Assembly: GCA_963735115.1 (NCBI GenBank)
Contig: CAVTJR010000001.1
Coordinates: forward strand, 401,958 to 465,957
DNA length: 64,000 bases
Direction: 5' to 3'
Source of the DNA: an uncultured Actinomycetota bacterium
Lineage (GTDB): Bacteria > Actinomycetota > Acidimicrobiia > Acidimicrobiales > Bog-793
Shown here: positions 1 to 8,749 of the stretch, one piece after another
Numbering within the stretch: position 1 is the stretch's first letter
How the letters are laid out: every line of letters starts with the position of its first letter
Program-made: the position numbers and the translations under genes
Notes under the pieces: model-generated
The model's input: only the letters and a program-made list of their open reading frames with translations
Told to the model about the DNA's origin: nothing
Databases searched by the model: none

Positions 1-119
1 ATCCGGCGTCGATCGACTTCTTCTTCAACGCCGGCCTCGACTACGTGAGCTGCTCGCCCTACCGCGTTCCGATCGCCCGCTTGGCGGCGGCCCAGTCGGT
101 GCTGGCCGCCCGCGGGTAG
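1..119 (+). CDS. ppdK: pyruvate,phosphate dikinase, C-terminal end (5' part outside window)
   Basis: Frame 3 reads [38 protein letters not shown], then TAG at 117-119. The [20 protein letters not shown] tail is the conserved C-terminus of PPDK as I recall it. Confidence 0.6.
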   Translation, partial: PASIDFFFNAGLDYVSCSPYRVPIARLAAAQSVLAARG

Positions 120-255
120 GTGGCGGCGGCGGGAGGGGTTTCTCTTCCTCGGGCCGCTCGCCGCAGGTCGTTCTGGGTGGGTGAACGGGACACATGCTGT
201 CCCAAACGACCCGCCAGAATGCCGCCTGCCGTCAGCTGACGGCTCAGCTGACGGC

Positions 256-651
256 TCAGGCCAGGTCGTAGTCGAGAAAGAGCGTGTGGGCGCCGTCGGA
301 GCCGATCTCAATGCGTCCCTCGCCGGAGATGCCCGCCAGCTCGCCCGTGCCCGAACCAGGCGCGATGGGCCACTTCGCCCACGAGCCGGCGGCCGTCATC
401 GTCCCCACGTGCAACAACGCGAAACCCCCCACCTTTCCGTCCACCCTCCCGCTGACCCGCTCGAGGGCGACATAGCCAGCGCCGCCGGCCTCCGCCCGCA
501 CCGAGAGCATCTCCACGGTGCTCGTCGCCTCGATGTCGCCGGTGAAGGTCTTGGTGATCCGGGTGCGCCCGTACTGCACGCCCGAGTCCTCGTGGAAGGG
601 CGGCTCGGCCTCGAACGAGTCGAGCGTGAAGGCGGCGACGGTGTGCTCCAT
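256..651 (-). CDS. DUF3224-like small protein
   Basis: 131-aa ORF. The pattern TKTFTGDIEATSTVEML...GYVALERVSG...GGFALLHVG resembles the DUF3224 family, from memory only. Confidence 0.5.
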   Translation of the reverse strand: MEHTVAAFTLDSFEAEPPFHEDSGVQYGRTRITKTFTGDIEATSTVEMLSVRAEAGGAGYVALERVSGRVDGKVGGFALLHVGTMTAAGSWAKWPIAPGSGTGELAGISGEGRIEIGSDGAHTLFLDYDLA

Positions 652-745
652 GGCGTCACCCTACGCGGTCGGCCACGGCGGACCGGTGCCCTCGTCGGGC
701 GAGGCAGGGTGCCCCGACGTCGAGCCAGGCGTTACCGTGCGCTCG

Positions 746-2569
746 ATGGGCATTCCCGACGAGGACGTGGCGCAGGTTCGGTCGTCGACCGACATCGTGG
801 CACTCATCAGCGAGTACACACCGCTGAAGCGCGTCGGTCGAAGGTTCGTCGGGCTGTGTCCCTTCCACGCCGAGAAGACCGGGTCGTTCAGCGTCAACGG
901 CGAGGAGGGCCTCTATTACTGCTTCGGGTGCCAGGCCTCGGGCGACGCCATCACGTTCCTGCGAGCGATTGAGGGATGCGATTTCGTCGAGGCGGTGGAG
1001 CGCCTGGGCGCCCGCGCCGGCATCACCGTGCGCCAGGAGTCCGGGGGCAAGACCCAGCACGACCGCGACCAGACTGAAGCGCTCAAGGAGGCGATGCGAC
1101 GGGCCGTCGCCTTCTACCATGAGCGCCTCCTCGGCCACGCCGACGCCAACCGCGCCCGTCAGTACCTGCGATCTCGCGGCTACGACGGCGACGTCGTGCG
1201 GCAATTCCGCCTCGGCTGGTCGCCGGAGCGGGGCACCAACCTCGCCAAGGTGCTCGGGATGCCGGCCGCCGTGCTCGCCGCCGCCGGGCTTGCCCACGAG
1301 GGCAACTACGGCCCGCAGGACAGCTTCCGGGGCCGGGTGATGTTCCCCATCTTCGACCCGTCGGGCACGCCGATCGCCCTCGGCGGGCGCATCCTGCCCG
1401 GCAGCGACCAGACCTCCGAAGGGGCCGGCCCCGGTCCGAAGTACCGCAACTCCAAAGAGACCGCCATCTATTCCAAGCGCCGCACCCTCTACGGTCTCAA
1501 CTGGGCGCGCCAGGGGATCGTGCAAGCCGGCGAGATCGTCGTCTGCGAGGGCTACACCGACGTCATCGGCCTCTTCACGGCCGGCATCCCTCGAGCCGTC
1601 GCCACGTGCGGAACGGCCCTCACCGACGAGCACTTTCAGGTGATCGCCCGTTTCGCCAAGCGCGTCGTGCTCGCCTTCGACGCCGACGCCGCCGGGCAGT
1701 CGGCGGCATCGCGCTTTTATGAGTGGGAGCGGCTGCACGACCTCGAGGTGGCCGTGGCGGCGCTGCCGCCGGGAAGCGATCCCGGAGAGCTGGCGCAGAT
1801 CGACCCGGAACGGCTGCAGAAGGCGATCGAGGAGGCGCAGCCGTTTCTCGGCTTCCGGGTGGAGCGGGCACTCTCCTCATGTGACCTGCGATCACCTGAA
1901 GGGCGCGCCCGGGCGGCGGCGGCGGCCGTGGCCATGATCGCCGAGCACCCGAACGAGCTCGTGAGAGACCAATACCTCGTCACGATCGCCGACCGCACCC
2001 ACATCGCGGTGGAGCGACTGCGTCCGTACCTCGATCGCCCGGTGCTCGACCCGAAGACGGTGGCAGCGGCAGCACCGAGGCCGCAGAGAGGCCCGGGCCA
2101 GCGCGCCGCCAGGGACGGTCTCGCCCTCGCAATTCACGCGCCGGCAACGATGGCCGGCCGGCTGGACGAGTCGCTCTTCGCCGACTCCCTGCAGCGTGCC
2201 GCCTATCTCGCCCTCGCCGGCGCCACCAGCCTGCACGAAGCGATCGAAGGCTCCGACGAGGCGGTCGCCGACCTTCTCCGTCAGCTTGCGGTGAGCGAGC
2301 CCGAGGCCGACGCCGATCCCACGATCGTGCAACTCGTGCGAGCGGCGGCCACACGGGCCCTCGGAGATCTCGAGGCCGACGCCCGTACTGCCGAGGCCGA
2401 CGGCGACCAGGAGCGCCTCCTCACCGCCGGCGCCGACATCGCCCTGTTGAAAGCCGAGCTCGAGGTGATGCAAGAACCCGGCGTGAACCAATCGCCGCCC
2501 CAGCCCGTGATCGACGCTGCCGACCGGTTGTTAGGGTGGCTGCGGAGTCGCCGAGGGGAGGGGGCTTGA
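746..2569 (+). CDS. dnaG: DNA primase
   Basis: Zinc ribbon [13 protein letters not shown]...[14 protein letters not shown]-polymerase core and TOPRIM motifs ([18 protein letters not shown]). Start taken at the ATG at 746 ([12 protein letters not shown]); the upstream part of ORF 518.. overlaps the opposite-strand gene. Confidence 0.9.
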   Translation: MGIPDEDVAQVRSSTDIVALISEYTPLKRVGRRFVGLCPFHAEKTGSFSVNGEEGLYYCFGCQASGDAITFLRAIEGCDFVEAVERLGARAGITVRQESGGKTQHDRDQTEALKEAMRRAVAFYHERLLGHADANRARQYLRSRGYDGDVVRQFRLGWSPERGTNLAKVLGMPAAVLAAAGLAHEGNYGPQDSFRGRVMFPIFDPSGTPIALGGRILPGSDQTSEGAGPGPKYRNSKETAIYSKRRTLYGLNWARQGIVQAGEIVVCEGYTDVIGLFTAGIPRAVATCGTALTDEHFQVIARFAKRVVLAFDADAAGQSAASRFYEWERLHDLEVAVAALPPGSDPGELAQIDPERLQKAIEEAQPFLGFRVERALSSCDLRSPEGRARAAAAAVAMIAEHPNELVRDQYLVTIADRTHIAVERLRPYLDRPVLDPKTVAAAAPRPQRGPGQRAARDGLALAIHAPATMAGRLDESLFADSLQRAAYLALAGATSLHEAIEGSDEAVADLLRQLAVSEPEADADPTIVQLVRAAATRALGDLEADARTAEADGDQERLLTAGADIALLKAELEVMQEPGVNQSPPQPVIDAADRLLGWLRSRRGEGA

Positions 2570-3615
2570 GCAGTCCAAGCGAACCGATCGACCCGACTGC
2601 CGAGAACGCTCGCTCGGGCGAGGCGCGGCGAGCCCGGATCGCTTCGGCTCTGAGCCTGCGGGACTACAGCGGACCGTCCAGTTCGGGCACGGACCCGGTA
2701 CGGGCCTACCTGAAGGAGATCGGGCGGGTATCCCTCCTCACGCCCGAGCTCGAAGTCCTCTGCGCCCAGCAGATCGAAGCCGGCGTCGAAGCCTCAGCCA
2801 TCTACGAGTCCTGGGAGGCCGAGGGAACCCTCGCCGAGGTGCCCTTCGCCGAACGCCGCAAGGTCGAGCGCGTCATCCGTCAGGGCCAGGACGCCAAGGA
2901 CCTGCTCATCGAAGCCAACCTCCGTCTCGTCGTGTCGATCGCGAAGCGGTACCGCAACCGAGGGATGCCCTTCCTCGACCTCATCCAGGAGGGCAATCTC
3001 GGCCTCATGCGGGCCGTGGAAAAGTTCGACCACCGCCGGGGCTTCAAATTCTCGACGTACGCAACCTGGTGGATACGCCAGGCCATCACCCGAGCCGTCG
3101 CCGACCAGGCCCGAACGATCCGCATCCCGGTCCACCTCGTCGAGACGATCAACAAAGTCACCCGATCGCAGCGCCAGCTGTCTCAGGAGCTGGGGCGGGA
3201 GCCCACGGTCGAAGAGATCGCCGCCCGCATCGAATACCCCGTCGACCGCGTTCGTGAGCTGCAGCGGATCAGCCAGGACACGATCTCCCTCGAACAACCC
3301 CTCGGCGACGAGGAGGATTTCAGCCTCTCGGATCTCCTCGAGGACCAGACGGCCGAGGTCCCGTCGGACGCCGCCACCCGCATCCTCCTCAACGAGGCGG
3401 TCAAGCGCGCCCTCGGAGAGCTGAGCGAGCGGGAGCAGGAAGTCGTGCGATTGCGTTTCGGGTTGGATGACGGCCGCATCCGAACGCTGGAGGAGGTCGG
3501 GCAAATCTTCGGTGTCACGCGTGAGCGCATCCGCCAGATCGAGATGAAGACTTTGGCGAAGCTGCGGCACCCGCAAGTCTCCCGACCCTTGCGCGACTAC
3601 GTCGAAGGCGACTGA
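2536..3615 (+). CDS. sigma-70 family RNA polymerase sigma factor (group 1/2, RpoD/SigA-like)
   Basis: Region 1.2 [12 protein letters not shown]. Region 2 [18 protein letters not shown]...[16 protein letters not shown]. Region 3 and region 4 ([13 protein letters not shown]...[20 protein letters not shown]) are present. It lies directly after dnaG. The GTG start overlaps the dnaG end and is uncertain. Confidence 0.9.
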   Translation: MAAESPRGGGLSSPSEPIDPTAENARSGEARRARIASALSLRDYSGPSSSGTDPVRAYLKEIGRVSLLTPELEVLCAQQIEAGVEASAIYESWEAEGTLAEVPFAERRKVERVIRQGQDAKDLLIEANLRLVVSIAKRYRNRGMPFLDLIQEGNLGLMRAVEKFDHRRGFKFSTYATWWIRQAITRAVADQARTIRIPVHLVETINKVTRSQRQLSQELGREPTVEEIAARIEYPVDRVRELQRISQDTISLEQPLGDEEDFSLSDLLEDQTAEVPSDAATRILLNEAVKRALGELSEREQEVVRLRFGLDDGRIRTLEEVGQIFGVTRERIRQIEMKTLAKLRHPQVSRPLRDYVEGD

Positions 3616-3642
3616 ACGGCGCCAGCACTGCGATCATGTGGC

Positions 3643-4485
3643 ATGTCGGTGACGGTCGAAGCGACACAGAGCGCCTCCGAGGTGCTCGAGCGGGCAGGGA
3701 GGTTTCTGGCGTCGCGCCCGGTTCATCACAACCTCCTCCTCACGCTGCTGCATGAACGGGCAGCCAACCCCGAGCCGGGCAGGTATTGGATCGCTCGGGA
3801 GGAAGCCGACGTCGGCGGAGTCGCCTTCCAGTCACCCCTGGACTTCCCGGCGACGCTGAGCCCCATGAACCCGCACTCCGCCCGCGCCGTGGCGGAGGCG
3901 GCCTCAAGTGCTGGCGCAGAGCTTCCGGGCGTCTCGGGCGAAGCCGCCACGGCGGCGGCCTTCACCGGGCATTGGACCGAGGTCCGAAAGACGAGTGCGC
4001 AACCGATCTCGGGCCAGCGCCTCTACCACCTGGGCGACCTCAGGCTACCGGACGGCGTCAACGGCCGACTCCGTCCCGCCACCGAGGCAGACCACGCCCT
4101 CGTGGCGGCCCTTGTCTCCGAATTCGCCGAGTTCATCGGCGAGTCGCCCCCCAACCCTGCCGTACTGGCGCGCCGGCTCGCGAGCGGCCAGGCCTGGCTG
4201 TGGGTCGACCACGAGCCGGTCACCCTAGCCCTGCACTCCCTGCCCGTTGAAGGCGTCACCCGCATTCACACCGTGTACACGCCGCAGGCGCGGCGACGGC
4301 GCGGTTACGCCAGTGCGTGCGTCGGCCACCTCTCGAAACGCCTGCGCGACGCCGGTCTCGAGTGCGTCCTCTACACCGACCTCGGCAACGCCACGTCCAA
4401 CTCCGTCTATCGAGGACTCGGTTACGAGGCAGTCATGGAGCTGCTGCGGTACGGCTTCACCGGGCCAGAGCCGCCGACTGGCTGA
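3643..4485 (+). CDS. GNAT-family N-acetyltransferase (two-domain type)
   Basis: C-terminal acetyl-CoA binding signature RRRGYASACVGHLSKRLRDAG...SNSVYRGLGYE. Confidence 0.7.
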   Translation: MSVTVEATQSASEVLERAGRFLASRPVHHNLLLTLLHERAANPEPGRYWIAREEADVGGVAFQSPLDFPATLSPMNPHSARAVAEAASSAGAELPGVSGEAATAAAFTGHWTEVRKTSAQPISGQRLYHLGDLRLPDGVNGRLRPATEADHALVAALVSEFAEFIGESPPNPAVLARRLASGQAWLWVDHEPVTLALHSLPVEGVTRIHTVYTPQARRRRGYASACVGHLSKRLRDAGLECVLYTDLGNATSNSVYRGLGYEAVMELLRYGFTGPEPPTG

Positions 4486-4495
4486 GCCGCCCGCG

Positions 4496-4807
4496 CTAAC
4501 TGGGCCGGCGAGGTTGAGCGCCGTTCGCACGCCCGGAGGAAGCGCTCAGCATCTCGCCCATGCGAGCGCGGGCGAGACCGCCGAGAGGGCTCGCAAGGAG
4601 CCCGCTGAACCGATCTCGAGCGAGGTCGCCGAGCGCCCGGACTCTCTCGGCCGTCGCTTCGGCATTGACAGCCTCCGCTCGCGAGCTGGCCACCCGCGGC
4701 CAGTCCGCCCGGGGGTGACCCGATTTCTTGAGCTGCGACGCTTTGGAGGCCGCCCACGCTCCGGCGGCGCATCCGAGAACGAAACCCACCTTGAACCGCA
4801 TCCACAC
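4496..4807 (-). CDS. small hypothetical protein with N-terminal hydrophobic helix
   Basis: 103-aa ORF with MWMRFKVGFVLGCAAGAWAA followed by a charged helical tail. I recognise no family. Confidence 0.4.
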   Translation of the reverse strand: MWMRFKVGFVLGCAAGAWAASKASQLKKSGHPRADWPRVASSRAEAVNAEATAERVRALGDLARDRFSGLLASPLGGLARARMGEMLSASSGRANGAQPRRPS

Positions 4808-4946
4808 CTTCTACCCTTCCGGAGCGCCGCCCGCCACTCGGGACCCTCTGCGACGCGTGCGCAGAACGGCAATCTCGCCGGCTCGAGGCGGGCCGACTAG
4901 GTTGCGACGGGTGATCGCCCCCCCTGCAACTTGCGCTCAGCGCGTG

Positions 4947-6194
4947 ATGGCCCTGACCGCCCGTGGCTTCCTCGCAACCCTCGTGCTCGTGAGCGTCTCC
5001 CTGCTCGGGGCCGCCGACGCATGGGCGGCCGGCAATGCCACGCTCGAGCCCTACATCCTCTCGAACCCGGTACCGGGCTGGACTCCTGCCCCGACCTCGG
5101 TGTCGCAGAGGGTCGACACCGAGGTCTCAGGCCCGCTCGTCGCGAGAACTCACGAGAACGTCACGACGGCGCTCGGGGTTTGGGAAGGGCCCGGCGGCAA
5201 CGGGGTGCTCATCATCATCCTCGTGCGCTTCCCGGGGTCCAGCATCCCAGCTTCATTTTCGAATTCCACCTCGGCCATCAACGGCGTCTGCGGCGGTGCA
5301 GGACAGTCCCCCGGCACGGTGACCCCGATCGCGGGCATTCCCGGAGCCGCCTCTGAGACCTGCCAATCCTCGAGCGGCAATCCGCTCACGGTGGCGGCCT
5401 GGCCGAAGGGAAACGTGGTCGCCTTCGTCGAGGCGGAAGGGCTCGGGGCGACCGAGGTCGACCAGGTAGCCGTGAACGAAGACGACAAGCTGCCAGCCAA
5501 CGGGATCGGTGAAGCCAGCAGCTCGTCCTCGAGCGGGCTCGAGGCTGGAATCGGAGTGGTGGTCGTCGCCGCCGTCGTCATCGGCATCATCGTTGCCCGT
5601 CGACGTTCGAAGGCGCAGGTGGCTCCGGCCGCCGGCGGCCAGTGGGCGCCCCCAGGGGCAGCACCCCCGTGGGGATACGAGGGCGCGCAGGCTGCCTCTC
5701 CGGGCGCTACGCCGTACGGCGGCCCCGGCGGCTATGCGGCTGGGCCGCCCGCTTACCCGGCCGGCGGGTACCCGGCCGGCGGGTACCCGGCCGGTTCGAG
5801 CGTTCCGCCGGCGGGGGCACCGGCCGGCGGCTACGCGGCAGGCTCCGGCGGCTACCCGTCGGGTTCGGGCTTCGACGCAGGTGCTGCGCCAGCGGAAGCA
5901 AGCGGACCCGTGCCCTACCAGCGGCCGCGACCCTCCGAGGGCGGCGATGCCGGGTTCTACGGTGGGACGCAGCCGGCGGCAGCTCCGACCCCTGTCAGGC
6001 AAGCGCCTCCGGTGGTGGGGGGCAACGATGCCACCGTGATCGACGCTCCGCCGCCGGCGGCGGCGCCGGATCACCCTGTCGAAGCGGGCTGGCATGCCGT
6101 CGAGGGCGATCCCAACCGGCAGAGGTATTGGGACGGAACTGCCTGGACCTCCCACCTCCGCTGGGACGGAACCGCCTGGGTGAACGACTCCTGA
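4947..6194 (+). CDS. membrane-anchored protein with Gly/Pro/Tyr-rich linker and C-terminal DUF2510-like repeat
   Basis: Signal-like N-terminus MALTARGFLATLVLVSVSLLGAADAWA at the ATG at 4947. One TM segment (GIGVVVVAAVVIGIIVA). GGYPAGGYPAG repeats. C-terminal GWH..DP..QRYWDGTAWTSH..WDGTAWV motif typical of DUF2510. Confidence 0.65.
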   Translation: MALTARGFLATLVLVSVSLLGAADAWAAGNATLEPYILSNPVPGWTPAPTSVSQRVDTEVSGPLVARTHENVTTALGVWEGPGGNGVLIIILVRFPGSSIPASFSNSTSAINGVCGGAGQSPGTVTPIAGIPGAASETCQSSSGNPLTVAAWPKGNVVAFVEAEGLGATEVDQVAVNEDDKLPANGIGEASSSSSSGLEAGIGVVVVAAVVIGIIVARRRSKAQVAPAAGGQWAPPGAAPPWGYEGAQAASPGATPYGGPGGYAAGPPAYPAGGYPAGGYPAGSSVPPAGAPAGGYAAGSGGYPSGSGFDAGAAPAEASGPVPYQRPRPSEGGDAGFYGGTQPAAAPTPVRQAPPVVGGNDATVIDAPPPAAAPDHPVEAGWHAVEGDPNRQRYWDGTAWTSHLRWDGTAWVNDS

Positions 6195-6251
6195 GGTCCG
6201 TGCGCCAAGAGTAGGATGAGGGCGCCTTCAGGACCGCTAGGGCCGAAGCAT

Positions 6252-6323
6252 TCCGGGGTAGCTCAATGGCAGAGCACGCGGCTGTTAACCGTGTGGTTGA
6301 GAGTTCGAGTCTCTCCCCCGGAG
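6252..6323 (+). tRNA. tRNA-Asn (GTT)
   Basis: Cloverleaf read by eye. Acceptor TCCGGGG/CCCCGGA, D arm GCTC..GAGC, anticodon loop CTGTTAA, T arm GAGAG-TTCGAGT-CTCTC, discriminator G. CCA is not encoded. Confidence 0.9.
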
Positions 6324-6639
6324 CCCATCCGAGTCGAATACCGGCTGCGGTGATGCTGACGGCCGGGTCTCCGTGGGCATGCCAGCTCACCTTTTGCGAG
6401 GGTTAAAAAGGGAGGGCGAAACGCGGAGACCCGGCCGGTCAGCAGGCCTGTGCATGACCATTCGGGGTGGGAAGGTGGTTGTGGTGCGAAAGTGCGTCCC
6501 GTGCCGGCAACTGTGTGCCCAACATGGCGTGCGAACGCACACTCTCGCCACGTTGGGCACACAGTTCGCTCGGGGAACGCGAGGGTGATGAGGCACCGCC
6601 AGATGAGCTCGGCGGGACGCCCGCAGCCGACACGGTTCG

Positions 6640-8070
6640 TCATGACTTGCCCGGATCGGCGACGATGGCATCAGACACGATGGCTCCGGTGGCACGGTCG
6701 CGGATGACGAAGAGGAAGGGATGATCGAAGGAGATCGTCTCGATGTGGCCGTGTTGCAGGGTCGGTCCGCTGCGGACGCCCGAGACAGACGAGGTGTCCG
6801 TGCCCCGCTCGTCGACCGTGAGAGAGTCTGCCTGAGCGATGGCCTGCAGCTGGAGACCGAGGGCTGTCGTGATGCCCGTGTAGTTGGCCCTGAGCCCGAA
6901 CGCCCCGGCGATACCCATGGCTCGCAGGGTTTCATCGAGGTTCGCCTCTGAGGAGATCGAGAACTTCGGCATCGTCAGCGTGACGGAGCCGACGCGGGCG
7001 GAGCTCGCCAGCTTCGTGAGCTCGGCAGAATCCAGCGAGTCCACGACCGAGCTGAGCGAGCCGCCGCGGGCTTCGACAGCGACGGCCTCGAACCCCTCGC
7101 CGGCGTACGGCAGCACGACCGCCTCCAGCCGGTTGGTGGAGACATACGCCAACGAGCTCGATTCGAGCTTCATCATCGTCACGGGCACGCGAGCCCCGCT
7201 GGCGGTGACAAAGGACCCGGGCGTATCGAGGGAGGTCAGGAAGTCGACCTCCGGCGCCCATCGGGCCGCGAAGCGGACGGCGTCGGTCAACACCAGCTCC
7301 GTCATGTAGGGCAAGGGCTCCGCGAAGAGCTGCGGCACGGCACCACGGGTGCTGTTCGCAATCCAGGCGTTGACGGCCGCCGCCGCGTGCGGAGCGGCAA
7401 AGTCGACGCGCTCCAAGCCGGTATCGAAGTACCGCTGGAGGGCGTCCAGATACGCCGGCTTCACCGCCAGGCTCCGTTGCAGGAACAAACACGTCTCGTC
7501 GGTCAGCTGAACGCGGGAGGCAGCCGCGTCCGACTGCAGCCTGGCGACGAGGGCGTCCCAACCGACCGCCTGCGCCGCGGCAGTCGATCGGCCCTCGCCG
7601 AGGGCGCTCGCTATCTCTTGCTGCGTGGCTCCCGCGGCGCCGAGCTCGAGCATCGTGAGCGCCACGCCCAAACTCTCCGGCGAGACGACGATGTTGCTGC
7701 TGCCGGCGCTCGAGAGGAGCCTCTGTGTGAGGGCGAGCGCGAAGCCCTGCTCGGCGTGCTCGACGGCCAACTCAGCCGGAGAACCCGGGGGAACCTGCTC
7801 GAAGGCCGTGCGGCTGACAAGCCGGCTGATCACCGCCTGGCCGCCGACCACCGCCGGCCGCCGTGGGGCCGTCGATGGAAGTGCCAGCGCCGCCACCAGG
7901 GATACAGCCACGATGACGGAGGCTGCCGACCCGACGGCAAGGCGACGTCGGCGAAGACGCCGTTCCGCCCGTCGGCGAATCTCCGCAGGCGGCGTCCACC
8001 CGACTTCAGGCAGGCTCGCGGCGAACCGGACGACGACGTCTCCCCACGGGTCGCTCTGCTGGCTGCTCAT
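6640..8070 (-). CDS. membrane-anchored serpin (short cytoplasmic N-terminus, one TM helix, extracytoplasmic serpin domain)
   Basis: N-terminus ...EIRRRAERRLRRRRLAVGSAASVIVAVSLVAALALP. Serpin core NIVVSPESLGVALTMLELGA... Hinge/RCL DERGTDTSSVSGVRSGPTLQHGH, then the C-terminal FDHPFLFVIRD. GAGG Shine-Dalgarno sits 6 nt before the ATG at 8070. Confidence 0.85.
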   Translation of the reverse strand: MSSQQSDPWGDVVVRFAASLPEVGWTPPAEIRRRAERRLRRRRLAVGSAASVIVAVSLVAALALPSTAPRRPAVVGGQAVISRLVSRTAFEQVPPGSPAELAVEHAEQGFALALTQRLLSSAGSSNIVVSPESLGVALTMLELGAAGATQQEIASALGEGRSTAAAQAVGWDALVARLQSDAAASRVQLTDETCLFLQRSLAVKPAYLDALQRYFDTGLERVDFAAPHAAAAVNAWIANSTRGAVPQLFAEPLPYMTELVLTDAVRFAARWAPEVDFLTSLDTPGSFVTASGARVPVTMMKLESSSLAYVSTNRLEAVVLPYAGEGFEAVAVEARGGSLSSVVDSLDSAELTKLASSARVGSVTLTMPKFSISSEANLDETLRAMGIAGAFGLRANYTGITTALGLQLQAIAQADSLTVDERGTDTSSVSGVRSGPTLQHGHIETISFDHPFLFVIRDRATGAIVSDAIVADPGKS

Positions 8071-8587
8071 TTCGAACCTCCGACTCGCCTGGCAACGTGT
8101 CGTTCATCCGGTCGAGCTCGCTCGCCAGTTGGGTGCGGCCCCGATGCAGCCATGACGTCACGGTCCCAGCGGGAACCGACATCTCGTCGGCCACTTCGCT
8201 CACCGTCAAGCCCACGAGGTGATACAGGATCAGGGCGCGCCTCTGGTCTGGTGTCAGCTGGTCGAGCGCCTGACGAAAGTCCATCATCGACTGCTCGTCT
8301 TCGATCGTGTCGGTGCTGCGTTCCGGTACCTCCGCGCTCGAAACAAGCTGGCGGGCGTGCCGGCGGTGGTTCTTGGCAAGGTTGAAGGCGACGAGCCGTA
8401 CCCACGCCTCCGGGTCCTGCAACGTTCGTAGGCGACGCCAGCGCATCCAGGCCTTCTCGAATGCCTGTTGAACAAGGTCTCGCGCCTCGTTCTCGTCGCC
8501 GGTGAACACGTAGATCTGGCGAATCAAACGGTCGCGACAGGACACGTAGAGGTCGTCGAAGCCCTCGCTGGCCGTCTTCAAGGTCAC
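8006..8587 (-). CDS. ECF-type RNA polymerase sigma factor
   Basis: Region 2 (ARDLVQQAFEKAWMRWRRL..PEAWVRLVAFNLAKNHRR) and region 4 (LTPDQRRALILYHLVGLTVSEVADEMSVPAGTVTSWLHRGR). The 3' end overlaps the serpin gene start by 65 nt. Confidence 0.9.
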   Translation of the reverse strand: MTLKTASEGFDDLYVSCRDRLIRQIYVFTGDENEARDLVQQAFEKAWMRWRRLRTLQDPEAWVRLVAFNLAKNHRRHARQLVSSAEVPERSTDTIEDEQSMMDFRQALDQLTPDQRRALILYHLVGLTVSEVADEMSVPAGTVTSWLHRGRTQLASELDRMNDTLPGESEVRNEQPAERPVGRRRRPVRREPA

Positions 8588-8749
8588 ACCTCACCATTAA
8601 GTAACACACGTGACGGGTGCCTCTGACTGCAGCAAACGCAAAGAAAATCAAGAAACTTTGCCGGGAATGCAGAAGTCTCGACGGCTCGCACGTCGCTCGG
8701 TACGGTCAGCGATGGAGGTACGAAATCCGTCAGTCCTAAAGGGGATGCC

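Noticed and set aside
656-1738. Long antisense or alternate-frame ORFs. Examples: 656-1738 (-), 1892-2491 (-), 2794-3576 (-), 40441-42870 (+), 41507-42745 (-), 46041-47630 (+), 48718-49632 (-), 53659-54531 (-), 5253-6155 (-).
   Set aside because: They lie opposite or overlapping genes with strong family motifs. They are Arg/Pro/Gly/Ala-rich and lack motifs, so they are typical shadow ORFs of high-GC DNA.
746-3615. dnaG followed by a sigma-70 gene, considered as an unusual arrangement.
   Set aside because: This is the classic macromolecular-synthesis operon order known from many bacteria, so it is ordinary.
8652-8678. GAAAC-N18-GTCT as the ECF-dependent promoter of the S1 protease gene.
   Set aside because: It is a single weak match with a non-consensus -35 and spacer. 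It is kept only as a remark under the serpin finding, not as a feature.
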